Notes under the pieces: model-generated
The model's database searches: none
Told to the model about the DNA's origin: nothing
What the model saw: the letters and a program-made list of their open reading frames with translations, nothing else
NCBI GenBank assembly: GCA_963817895.1
Contig: CAWFQB010000003.1
Span: 608,001-672,000 of the forward strand
Source of the DNA: an uncultured Chthonomonadaceae bacterium
Lineage (GTDB): Bacteria > Armatimonadota > Chthonomonadetes > Chthonomonadales > Chthonomonadaceae
Reading direction: 5' to 3'
DNA length: 64,000 bases
Program-made: the position numbers and the translations under genes
Shown: piece after piece, positions 11,397-20,015 of the stretch
How the letters are laid out: every line of letters starts with the position of its first letter
Numbering within the stretch: the first letter of the stretch is position 1

Positions 11397-12551
11397 GTGC
11401 TGAATCGCAACCGGGGCGGGGATGCGGCGCGCTTTGCGCCCCTCCTCGCCCTTCTGTCTACAACTTCATTTATGTGCGCCTGCGCGGGATGCCGTCAGCC
11501 GGAAATCGCGCTGAAGGGGCGGCAAAGCGTACAGATGAACGCGCTGCTACCGCTGCATCCGGCCTGGGCGCAGGTTGAGAGTCTGGATAAAATACGCGCG
11601 CAGTTTGCCGCGCAACGTCCTCCCGGCGGCGTTGTCGCGCCCGATCTACCGCCCCTCCCGTCTGCATTTACGCCGCCGAAAGAGACTGCTGCCGCTGGCC
11701 CGGAGCAGCGATTGCAGCGGGCGCAGGCGTCCTCCGAGCAGTACCTGAAACAGCTTGCCGAGATTTTGCGTTTGCAGGATGAGGCGTATCTGGCGCGGCA
11801 GACGCGGCGGCAGGCGCAGGCGGTACAGGCCACGTATGCGAAAGAACTGAGCGCGCGGGAAGCCGCGATACGCTCGGAACGCCTGCGGCAGGCATCGGAA
11901 CTGGATCGCCAGATTACGCGCCTGCAATTTCGCGAGGCGGCGTTTGAAACCCAGTTGAAAGTATATAAAGGGCAGGCGAAAGCGGACGCGCAGTTGCAGG
12001 CGGATGCTCTGCTCGCGCAGATTGCCGCGCTTGGAAAGCAGGGGGACGCGCTGTTAGTCGCTTCGGATATTTCCAATCTCGCGCTTGCGGACATGAAGCC
12101 CCGTTTGCAGGAACTGAATCTACAGGCCGATAAGGAGCGGGAGCAGGAGCGCGTCAACCGCGCCGCCCGCCGTGACGCGCAACTACAGCAGGAAAAGAGT
12201 AAACTGGCGTTCGACGCCGATCCGCTTCCGCCCATCAACGCCACGCCCCTGCCGGCTCCCGACTCGCGGGAAACGCCGCTGGTTCTGCCCCCCGGCAGTC
12301 AGGCGGGCGCGACGTTTCAGGCCGCCAGCGCTTCTATGGGCAGCAGGCGCGCGCGGCAGGAGTCCGCATGGCAGGCGCAGCGCGAACGCCTGGTGGCGAT
12401 TATCAGCGCGGATACGGAAAAGGCTGTAGCGCAGATCGCGAAGCAGCAGGGCTGGAACCTGGTTACCGAGGATACGCGGGGAGCGGAGGACGAGACAAAA
12501 ACGATCATGCCGCTATTGCGACAGCAATGGATGCAGGGACGGAGTAGGTGA
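11397..12551 (+). CDS. Hypothetical coiled-coil lipoprotein, possibly OmpH-like
   Basis: Lipobox-like CAGC; C-terminal AVAQIAKQQGWNLV...DETKTI resembles the OmpH tail. Confidence 0.6.
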   Translation: MLNRNRGGDAARFAPLLALLSTTSFMCACAGCRQPEIALKGRQSVQMNALLPLHPAWAQVESLDKIRAQFAAQRPPGGVVAPDLPPLPSAFTPPKETAAAGPEQRLQRAQASSEQYLKQLAEILRLQDEAYLARQTRRQAQAVQATYAKELSAREAAIRSERLRQASELDRQITRLQFREAAFETQLKVYKGQAKADAQLQADALLAQIAALGKQGDALLVASDISNLALADMKPRLQELNLQADKEREQERVNRAARRDAQLQQEKSKLAFDADPLPPINATPLPAPDSRETPLVLPPGSQAGATFQAASASMGSRRARQESAWQAQRERLVAIISADTEKAVAQIAKQQGWNLVTEDTRGAEDETKTIMPLLRQQWMQGRSR

Positions 12552-13627
12552 CAATGCAGGAGAGTGAGCAGGCGAAGGAAGCAAAGCGTTCCCTGAACGA
12601 GATTGCCGCGATGCTGGGCGGAAGCGTGTTGGGAGATGGCGAGACACCGATTACGAATGCCGCCGATATACGGGAGGCGCAGGTTGGCGATATCGTTTTT
12701 GCGGAATCGGCCAAATTTTTGCAGGCCGCGCTGCGTTCCCCGGCTTCCGCCATATTGACCCGGCCCGACCTGGCCGAAGCGGAAACAAACATTTCCAAAC
12801 CCCTGATTCTGGCAGACAATCCCCGTACCGCTTTTGTTCAGTTGTTACAAACGCTGGCGCAGCCCTGGGAGATTACATCCGGTATAGATTCATCGGCTAT
12901 AATTGCGCATGACGTGACGATGGGAATCGAAACGCGAATCGGGCCGCATGTTTCGGTTGAATCCGGCGCACTCATTGGCAGCCGTGTCACGCTGATGGCG
13001 GGTGTGAGGGTGGGCCGCAACTGCGTAATCGGAGATGACTCGGTTTTGTATCCGAATGTTGTTTTGTATCCGGGCGTTCAAGTGGGAAAACGCTGTCTGC
13101 TTCATGCCGGTTGCGTCTTGGGCGCGGACGGGTTCGGCTATGTTCAGGTGGGGCATGGCCTGATGAAAGTGCCGCATCTGGGGCGCGTGGAACTTGGCGA
13201 CGATGTGGAAGTGGGCGCGAACACCTGCATTGACCGCGCCAAAACGGGCGTTACTGTCATAGGTTCCGGCACAAAGTTGGACAATCTGGTACACATCGCG
13301 CATAATGTGCAGATCGGCATATCGTCGCTGATTATCGCGCAGACCGGAGTGGCGGGCAGCGTGACGATTGGCAACGGCGTGATTCTGGCGGGGCAGTCGG
13401 GCATCAAAGATCATGTGAGTATTGGGGATGGGGCGCGAGTGGGGGCGCAGGGCGGCGTTATCGGCAATGTGATGCCCGGTCAAACGGTTTCCGGCTATCC
13501 CGCCCGCCCCCATGCGGCGAAGATGCGTGAATATGCCGCCACTTCCGCCCTGCCGGACTACATCAAGCGGGTTCGCGAACTGGAAAAGAAATTGGAAGCA
13601 TTGGAGGCGTGCGTTGCCCAATCTTGA
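12548..13627 (+). CDS. lpxD: UDP-3-O-acylglucosamine N-acyltransferase
   Basis: Hexapeptide repeats, GADGFGY, GANTCIDR, KLDNLVHIAHN. Confidence 0.97.
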   Translation: MTMQESEQAKEAKRSLNEIAAMLGGSVLGDGETPITNAADIREAQVGDIVFAESAKFLQAALRSPASAILTRPDLAEAETNISKPLILADNPRTAFVQLLQTLAQPWEITSGIDSSAIIAHDVTMGIETRIGPHVSVESGALIGSRVTLMAGVRVGRNCVIGDDSVLYPNVVLYPGVQVGKRCLLHAGCVLGADGFGYVQVGHGLMKVPHLGRVELGDDVEVGANTCIDRAKTGVTVIGSGTKLDNLVHIAHNVQIGISSLIIAQTGVAGSVTIGNGVILAGQSGIKDHVSIGDGARVGAQGGVIGNVMPGQTVSGYPARPHAAKMREYAATSALPDYIKRVRELEKKLEALEACVAQS

Positions 13628-14489
13628 ACAAAATACCCTGGCGCAATTCTTTCAGTTTGAGGGCGTCGGAATCCATACCGGGGAACACGCGCATGTTGTC
13701 GTACATCCCGCCGAAGTGGATACGGGGCGCGTGTTTCGGATAAAGGAACAAACTATTCCCGCCCACGCCGATTGGGTAGTGGATACCACGCGCTGCACCA
13801 CGCTTGGACATGACGGTATCCGCCTGCACACGGTCGAGCATCTGCTTTCCGCGCTTCATGCCTACAACATAGACAACGCCATTATTGAAGTAGACGGCAG
13901 TGAAATCCCTATTTTAGATGGCAGCGCGCTTCCCTACACGCAGGCGATAGAACAGTCGGGTATAATCGCTCAGGGCAAACCCGCGAATACCATTGCGCTA
14001 ACGCAGCCCCTGACGCTGGAAGAGCGTTCCAGCCATATTCAGGCGGAACCCGCTTCCAATTTTGAAGTGACGGTTCGCGTGGAATTCGAGCGTTGGCGCG
14101 AGGGCAAGGCCGAGCAGAGTTATCAGGCAGACGGACAAAACGGAAGTTGGTACGCGCAATCCATCGCGCCCGCCCGCACCTTCGCGTTCGATTTTGAAGT
14201 AAAACAACTGCTGGCGGCGGGACTGGCGCGCGGCGGTTCGCTGGATAACGCGCTGATTATCTCGCCGCCGGACATGACAACAGTAACGTCGTGGATGGAA
14301 ACGGAAACTGAATACTCCACGCCCCTGCGCCTGCCAGATGAGTGGTGCGCCCACAAGTTGCTGGACGTATTGGGCGACTTCGCCCTGTTCAATGCGCGTC
14401 CCTTGATGCGCGTGACCGCGCTCCGCCCGGGACACGGCAGCAACGTCCGTTTTGTGCAAGCTGTATTGAAGCAGGAACAGTCTATTTGA
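13614..14489 (+). CDS. lpxC: UDP-3-O-acyl-GlcNAc deacetylase
   Basis: GVGIHTG, TVEHLLSAL, ARTF, HKLLDVLGD; TTG start after GGAGG. Confidence 0.95.
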   Translation: MPNLEQNTLAQFFQFEGVGIHTGEHAHVVVHPAEVDTGRVFRIKEQTIPAHADWVVDTTRCTTLGHDGIRLHTVEHLLSALHAYNIDNAIIEVDGSEIPILDGSALPYTQAIEQSGIIAQGKPANTIALTQPLTLEERSSHIQAEPASNFEVTVRVEFERWREGKAEQSYQADGQNGSWYAQSIAPARTFAFDFEVKQLLAAGLARGGSLDNALIISPPDMTTVTSWMETETEYSTPLRLPDEWCAHKLLDVLGDFALFNARPLMRVTALRPGHGSNVRFVQAVLKQEQSI

Positions 14490-14501
14490 CAGGAGTGAAT
14501 T

Positions 14502-14975
14502 ATGGAGTCCAAGCTGGACATAGAGCAAATCCGTGCCCTGCTTCCGCATCGTTTTCCGATGCTGCTGGTAGATCGCGTTCTGGAACTGACACCCGGCGAA
14601 CGGGTTGTCGGTCTGAAAAATGTGACCATCAATGAACCGTTTTTTACCGGGCATTTCCCCGGACAGGCCGTAATGCCCGGAGTATTGATTCTGGAAGCAA
14701 TGGCGCAGGTCGCGGGTTTGATTCTGTTGTCCGTGCCGGAACATCAGGGCAAACTGGCCTATATCGGCAGCGTGAAAAACGCCAAGTTCCGCAAGCCCGT
14801 TGTGCCGGGGGATACCCTGATTACGGAAGCCATTTTGGGCAGAGTGCGGGGAACGATGGGGGAAGTGCGGATGACGGCAACGGTTGAGGGTGAAGTGGTT
14901 GCCAGATGCGAGATGATGTTTGCGCTGATGTCGCCGCCCGCTCCCAAACCAGTTGACAGGCTGAAGGGAGAGTGA
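14502..14975 (+). CDS. fabZ: 3-hydroxyacyl-ACP dehydratase
   Basis: LPHRFPMLLVD, GHFP, PGVLILEAMAQ. Confidence 0.97.
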   Translation: MESKLDIEQIRALLPHRFPMLLVDRVLELTPGERVVGLKNVTINEPFFTGHFPGQAVMPGVLILEAMAQVAGLILLSVPEHQGKLAYIGSVKNAKFRKPVVPGDTLITEAILGRVRGTMGEVRMTATVEGEVVARCEMMFALMSPPAPKPVDRLKGE

Positions 14976-14977
14976 CC

Positions 14978-15799
14978 ATGTCCCAACAGGGCATCATTCA
15001 CTCTACTGCCCTCATTGATCCGAGCGCGGAGATCGCGCCGGACGTAGAAATCGGCGCGTACTGCTGTATCGGGCCACGAGTGCGGATCGCTTCCGGGTGT
15101 GTGCTGTATCCCCGCGTAGATATTCTGAAAAACACCACGATTGGCCGTAATTGCCAGATATTTAGCGGCTCCGTACTCGGAGGGCCGCCGCAGGATCGCA
15201 AATTTCATGATGAAGAGACGTATGTAGAGATTGGCGACGACAACATTCTGCGCGAATACGTCACTATTCACAGCGCTACAGGCACGGGCAGCGTCACCCG
15301 CATGGGCAGCGGCAACATGATGATGGCGTATGTTCACATCGGCCATAACTGCGACATCGGCAGTAATATTACGATTGCCTCGTATACGGGTATCAGCGGG
15401 CATGTGCGAATCGAGGACAACGCCAATATCGGCGGCATTTGCGGCATTCATCAGCATAGCCGTATCGGTAAGCTGGCCTTTGTCGGCGGAATGTCGGGCG
15501 TGGCGCAGGACGTGCCGCCATTCATGCTTGCCGCCGGACCCCGCGCGCAGGTATATGGCATCAACGCGGTCGGATTGCGGCGGGCGAAAATCGCCAAAAA
15601 GGTCGTGGAAGAACTCAAGGAAGCGTTCCGCATCTTATATCGTTCCAACCTGAACCGTTCGCAGGCGCTGGAAACCATTGAACTGAATCTGGCTCCCAGC
15701 CCGGAAATGGATCATTTGGTGAAATTCATACGTGAATCGCGCGGTGGCTCTTTTGGACGTGCGCCCTCGCCTAATGAACCCCCGCCCGATGAAACCTAG
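14978..15799 (+). CDS. lpxA: Acyl-ACP--UDP-GlcNAc O-acyltransferase
   Basis: IHSTALID, PQDRKF, REYVTIH, QDVPPF, GINAVGLRR. Confidence 0.96.
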   Translation: MSQQGIIHSTALIDPSAEIAPDVEIGAYCCIGPRVRIASGCVLYPRVDILKNTTIGRNCQIFSGSVLGGPPQDRKFHDEETYVEIGDDNILREYVTIHSATGTGSVTRMGSGNMMMAYVHIGHNCDIGSNITIASYTGISGHVRIEDNANIGGICGIHQHSRIGKLAFVGGMSGVAQDVPPFMLAAGPRAQVYGINAVGLRRAKIAKKVVEELKEAFRILYRSNLNRSQALETIELNLAPSPEMDHLVKFIRESRGGSFGRAPSPNEPPPDET

Positions 15800-15877
15800 G
15801 GAACGGGGAATTTAGAGCTACGATGGGTAAGCCGCTGACAAAGCGGAGTAGGTTGATCGTACCCCATCTTGAACACA

Positions 15878-17269
15878 ATGAATATTGCGATATTTTCGGG
15901 AGAATTGTCAGGGGATTTAATTGGGGCGGGGCTGGCGCGGGAGTTGCGCCGCCTTGACCCGACTGTAGAACTGTGGGGATTGGGCAGCGCGGCAATGCGG
16001 GGACAGGGCGTGGAGTTGCTTGCCGACAGCGCGGAGTGGGGCGTTATCAGCATCACGCAGGCGCTGCAAAAAGTCCCCGCGCTCCTGGCGACCGTTGCGC
16101 CCCGCGTGAAACGGGAACTGCGAACGCGCCGCCCGGATGTGGTTGTTTTGATTGATTTCGGCGCGTTTAATGTCCGCGCCGCCCGATATAGTAAAACTTT
16201 GGGGCTGAAAGTATGCTACTATTTTCCTCCGGGCGCGTGGCGGCGGACGGGTACGCAGGGCGCGGAACTCGCCACCATAACGGATGCGATTGCCGCGCCG
16301 TTTCCCTGGTCGGCGGAACGGTATCGGAGCATGGGCGCGAACGCTGTTTATGTCGGGCATCCCCTGTTGGAGCGCGTTCATGCGGTTTTGACCCGCGAGG
16401 AGTTCGCCGCGCAGTTCGGCATGGACGCGGGCAAGCCCATCATCGGATTGCTGCCCGGAAGCCGCCAGCATGAGGTGACGCATCTGCTGCCCACCTTGCT
16501 GTCCGCTGCAAGTTTGATCTATCGCGATGTGCCGGACGCGCAGTTCGTTGTCGGCGTCGCGCCGTCGCTCTCCTCCGACATGATGCGCGCGTATCTGAGC
16601 AATCACGCCGAATTGGGCGAACAGTGGGGCCATGTGTGGCACGATTTCGCGCATGACGCGGGCGCGCGAATGCGCGACCCGCTGGCGCGGGTGGCGGGCA
16701 AATGGAGCGGGCAGAGCAGTCCCATGCTGGTCACGGAAAATGGCGTCCTTGTGCCTGTGGAGTCGCTGCGAGACGAGATGCAGGCGCGCCGCCAATCGGA
16801 ACACCGGCGGGCGCGAACCGAGCGCGGCCTGCCCCCTACCGTGCTTGTCAAAGGCTTGACCTACGACATCATGGCGCACAGCGATGTGCTGCTGACGTGT
16901 TCCGGCACGGCGACGTTAGAAGCCGCTGTGTTCGGGACGCCCCTGGTGATTTTATATCGCGGCTCCAAACTGATGGAACTGGAATATAAATTGCGGGGCA
17001 TCAAGAAGAAAATCCGCTTTATCGGCCTGCCGAATATTCTGGCGGATCGCGAAATCGCGCCGGAACTGCTTCAGGATCAGGCTACGCCCGAAGCTATTGC
17101 CGCGCACACGCTCGGCCTGCTGAATGATCCCACGCGCCGCAAACAGGCGCGGGAGGGGCTTTTGGAGGTGCGGGCCGCGCTTGGAACGCCGGGAGCCAGC
17201 AGTCGCGCCGCAAAAATAGTGTTCGATCTGGCGCAGGGCAGGGATATATCTGCCTGCTCTGAAACGTAA
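15878..17269 (+). CDS. lpxB: Lipid-A-disaccharide synthase (with internal insertion)
   Basis: SGELSGDLIG, VGHPL, LLPGSR, SGTATLE, IGLPNIL. Confidence 0.93.
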   Translation: MNIAIFSGELSGDLIGAGLARELRRLDPTVELWGLGSAAMRGQGVELLADSAEWGVISITQALQKVPALLATVAPRVKRELRTRRPDVVVLIDFGAFNVRAARYSKTLGLKVCYYFPPGAWRRTGTQGAELATITDAIAAPFPWSAERYRSMGANAVYVGHPLLERVHAVLTREEFAAQFGMDAGKPIIGLLPGSRQHEVTHLLPTLLSAASLIYRDVPDAQFVVGVAPSLSSDMMRAYLSNHAELGEQWGHVWHDFAHDAGARMRDPLARVAGKWSGQSSPMLVTENGVLVPVESLRDEMQARRQSEHRRARTERGLPPTVLVKGLTYDIMAHSDVLLTCSGTATLEAAVFGTPLVILYRGSKLMELEYKLRGIKKKIRFIGLPNILADREIAPELLQDQATPEAIAAHTLGLLNDPTRRKQAREGLLEVRAALGTPGASSRAAKIVFDLAQGRDISACSET

Positions 17270-17278
17270 AGTTGCTGT

Positions 17279-19201
17279 ATGGACACTCAACGCCGACTAC
17301 TGGCCTATTTGAAACCACACTGGAAAACAGCGACATTGGGGCTGTTGTGCGCGGCTGTCGCTTCCAGTATCCCCGTTGGCATCTCCCTGTTTATCAAATA
17401 CTCCATTGACGCCATGAACAACGGGAGCATGGAGAACCTGCGCTGGATTTGCGCGCTGGTTATCGGCCTGTTTGTCGTCAAGGGCGTTTTCGGGTTCGGG
17501 CAGAGCTATTTGCTGTCGCTGACGGCAAACCTAATTGCCGCTCAATTGCGCAATGACATTTTCGCGCATCTGCACCACCTGTCCCTCTCCTTTTTTAATC
17601 GGCGTCGCACGGGCGCGATCATGTCCACGCTGACCAACGACGTTCCCGTTTTGCAAAACGCGGCGATGAGTTTGCGCGACGTGGTTTCGGCTCCTCTGAG
17701 TATCAGTATCAGCGTGGTGATTCTGCTTTATCGCTGCTGGTGGCTGACGCTGATCTCGTTTATTTTTATTCCGTTCATGGTGTTGGTGATTTCGCGTATC
17801 AGCAAGCGTATCCGGCGTATCAGCACATCGTTACAGGGCAAACTTTCCGACCTGACGACGACGATGGAAGAAACCGTATCGGGCGTTCGTATTATCAAAT
17901 CGTTCGCGGCGGAAAACCATGTGGTTGCGCGGTTCAAGGATGAGAACCACCAGACGATGCGGACGGTGATGCACGGTGTCATGCGCAGCGCGCAACTGCG
18001 TCCCATTTTAGAGATAATCGGCGCGGGCGGTATCGCGGTTGTGCTGCTGCTCGGCGGCGGCGCAGTCGCGACAACGCACAATTACCAGCAGGAGCGCGAC
18101 GCCATTATTCTGCGCAAGGGCATTCCCCTGCTTCCCGCGAATTTGCGGGAAGAGTGTCCGAAAAACATTTCCGACGCGCAGTTAATCGCGTATCAGCAGC
18201 ACCGCAGCGAGATGATTCACGCGCTGGGAGAGCCGCTTCTGGAACCAAAATGGAAGCCGGTCGTGCCTCCCGGCGGCATGACAAGCGGCGATTTGCTGGC
18301 TTTTCTGTTTCTGCTGGATGCGGTTGCCAAAGCGGCGGGGGATATTGGCGGTATCGCTTCGATGCGGGCGCAGGCGTTGGCGGCGGGAAAGCGCATTTTT
18401 GACGAGGTTCTGGATGTTGAATCGGAAGTAAAAGAGAAGCCCGACCCGACCGTTTTACCGGTCTTGGAGGGAAATATCCGCTTTGAAAACGTGTCGTTTC
18501 AGTATGCCCCCGACATGCCGGAGGTTTTGAAAAACATCAGTTTTGAGGTGAAGCCGGGGGAAGTGGTGGCTCTTGTCGGCAGGAGCGGTTCGGGTAAAAG
18601 TACGCTCGTGGACTTGATACCGCGCTTTTATGATCCGACCGAAGGCCGAATTCTGGTGGATGGCGTCAATGTTCAGGACGTAAAGCTGGACAGCCTGCGT
18701 CATCAGATCGGGATTGTGCCGCAGGAAACGTGGCTGTTCGCGGGTACGCTGCGCGACAACATCGCGTATGGCAACCGGGGCGCGACGGATGAGGAGATAT
18801 GGACGGCGGCGCGGAACGCGAATGCCTCGTTTATGGAAAGCATGGATAAGGGACTGGATACGGTTGTCAGTGAGCGAGGTATCCGATTATCGGGGGGCGA
18901 ACGGCAGCGCGTGGCGATTGCCCGCGCTATTCTGCTGCGCCCGCGTATTCTGATACTGGATGAGGCTACCTCCTCGCTTGATGCCTCTTCGGAAGCGTTG
19001 GTACAGGAAGCCCTCGACCGCATGATGAAAGGCCGCACAACTATAGTCATCGCGCATCGGCTTTCCACTATCATCAACGCGGATCGTATCCTCGCCATGC
19101 AGGATGGGCGCATTGTGGAAATGGGTTCGCACCGCGAATTGATTGCGGCGGGCGGTTATTACGCGCGTTTGTACGAGACGCAATTGCGCGGATTTGACTA
19201 G
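17279..19201 (+). CDS. msbA: MsbA-like lipid A ABC exporter
   Basis: TMD plus NBD (GRSGSGKST, LSGGERQR, LDEATS); follows lpxB. Confidence 0.85.
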   Translation: MDTQRRLLAYLKPHWKTATLGLLCAAVASSIPVGISLFIKYSIDAMNNGSMENLRWICALVIGLFVVKGVFGFGQSYLLSLTANLIAAQLRNDIFAHLHHLSLSFFNRRRTGAIMSTLTNDVPVLQNAAMSLRDVVSAPLSISISVVILLYRCWWLTLISFIFIPFMVLVISRISKRIRRISTSLQGKLSDLTTTMEETVSGVRIIKSFAAENHVVARFKDENHQTMRTVMHGVMRSAQLRPILEIIGAGGIAVVLLLGGGAVATTHNYQQERDAIILRKGIPLLPANLREECPKNISDAQLIAYQQHRSEMIHALGEPLLEPKWKPVVPPGGMTSGDLLAFLFLLDAVAKAAGDIGGIASMRAQALAAGKRIFDEVLDVESEVKEKPDPTVLPVLEGNIRFENVSFQYAPDMPEVLKNISFEVKPGEVVALVGRSGSGKSTLVDLIPRFYDPTEGRILVDGVNVQDVKLDSLRHQIGIVPQETWLFAGTLRDNIAYGNRGATDEEIWTAARNANASFMESMDKGLDTVVSERGIRLSGGERQRVAIARAILLRPRILILDEATSSLDASSEALVQEALDRMMKGRTTIVIAHRLSTIINADRILAMQDGRIVEMGSHRELIAAGGYYARLYETQLRGFD

Positions 19202-19204
19202 ACT

Positions 19205-19963
19205 ATGGCGCTCACGACTTCCAACATGCAGATAAAAGAGATGCCGGGGGAACCGGAGCCGAACGCGGCGCAGGAACCGTCGCCGTATGCCCGCAAGGTA
19301 CGGTTTTATAGCTGGCTTGTGTATGTGGTGGCGCGGTGCATTTACAAAACGCTGCGGCTGCATCTTGAGAATTATGAGCGGCTGGTTCCCTGCGAGGCGG
19401 GCAAGCCACAGGGCGCGATTCTGGTGACGTGGCACGGGCGCACGTTGATACCGGCCAATCTGTTGCGCAACAAAGGTTATTGGGCATTGATTTCATTGTC
19501 GCGTGATGGCGAACTGCAAAACTGGATTTTTCAGCGGTTCGGGTTTCAAACCGCGCGCGGCTCGACAGGGCGGGGCGGCGTCCGGGGCGCGCTGCAAATG
19601 GCGCGTAAAGTGCGCGAGGGCGATATTCTGGCGTTTACGCCCGACGGCCCGCGCGGCCCGACGCACAAAGTGCAGTTGGGCGTGATTTTGATGGCGGAAA
19701 AGTCCGGCGCGCCCATTGTTCCGGTTGGTATCAGCGCGAGCCGACGGTGGCTGATCGGCAGTTGGGACTCGTACATGATTCCCAAGCCGTTCGCCCGCGC
19801 ATACTTTCTGGTAGGGGAACCGATTTATGCGCCGCCTCATCTGGACGAGGCCGGACGCGAAGCCGTTGCCGCGCAGGTGGAAATCGCGCTCAACCAACTG
19901 GAAAAAGAGGCCGAAATGCGGGCAGGCCATACCGATTATCCACAGGATTGGCGCGTTATCTAA
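19205..19963 (+). CDS. DUF374 / lysophospholipid acyltransferase-like protein
   Basis: WHGR, SLSRDGE, RGSTGRGG, TPDGPRGP, SWD..IPKPF. Confidence 0.88.
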   Translation: MALTTSNMQIKEMPGEPEPNAAQEPSPYARKVRFYSWLVYVVARCIYKTLRLHLENYERLVPCEAGKPQGAILVTWHGRTLIPANLLRNKGYWALISLSRDGELQNWIFQRFGFQTARGSTGRGGVRGALQMARKVREGDILAFTPDGPRGPTHKVQLGVILMAEKSGAPIVPVGISASRRWLIGSWDSYMIPKPFARAYFLVGEPIYAPPHLDEAGREAVAAQVEIALNQLEKEAEMRAGHTDYPQDWRVI

Positions 19964-20015
19964 CTTGAAAAGCCGCGCTTTCTGCTACAATATATCAGAA
20001 TTTTTGGAGGCGTTA

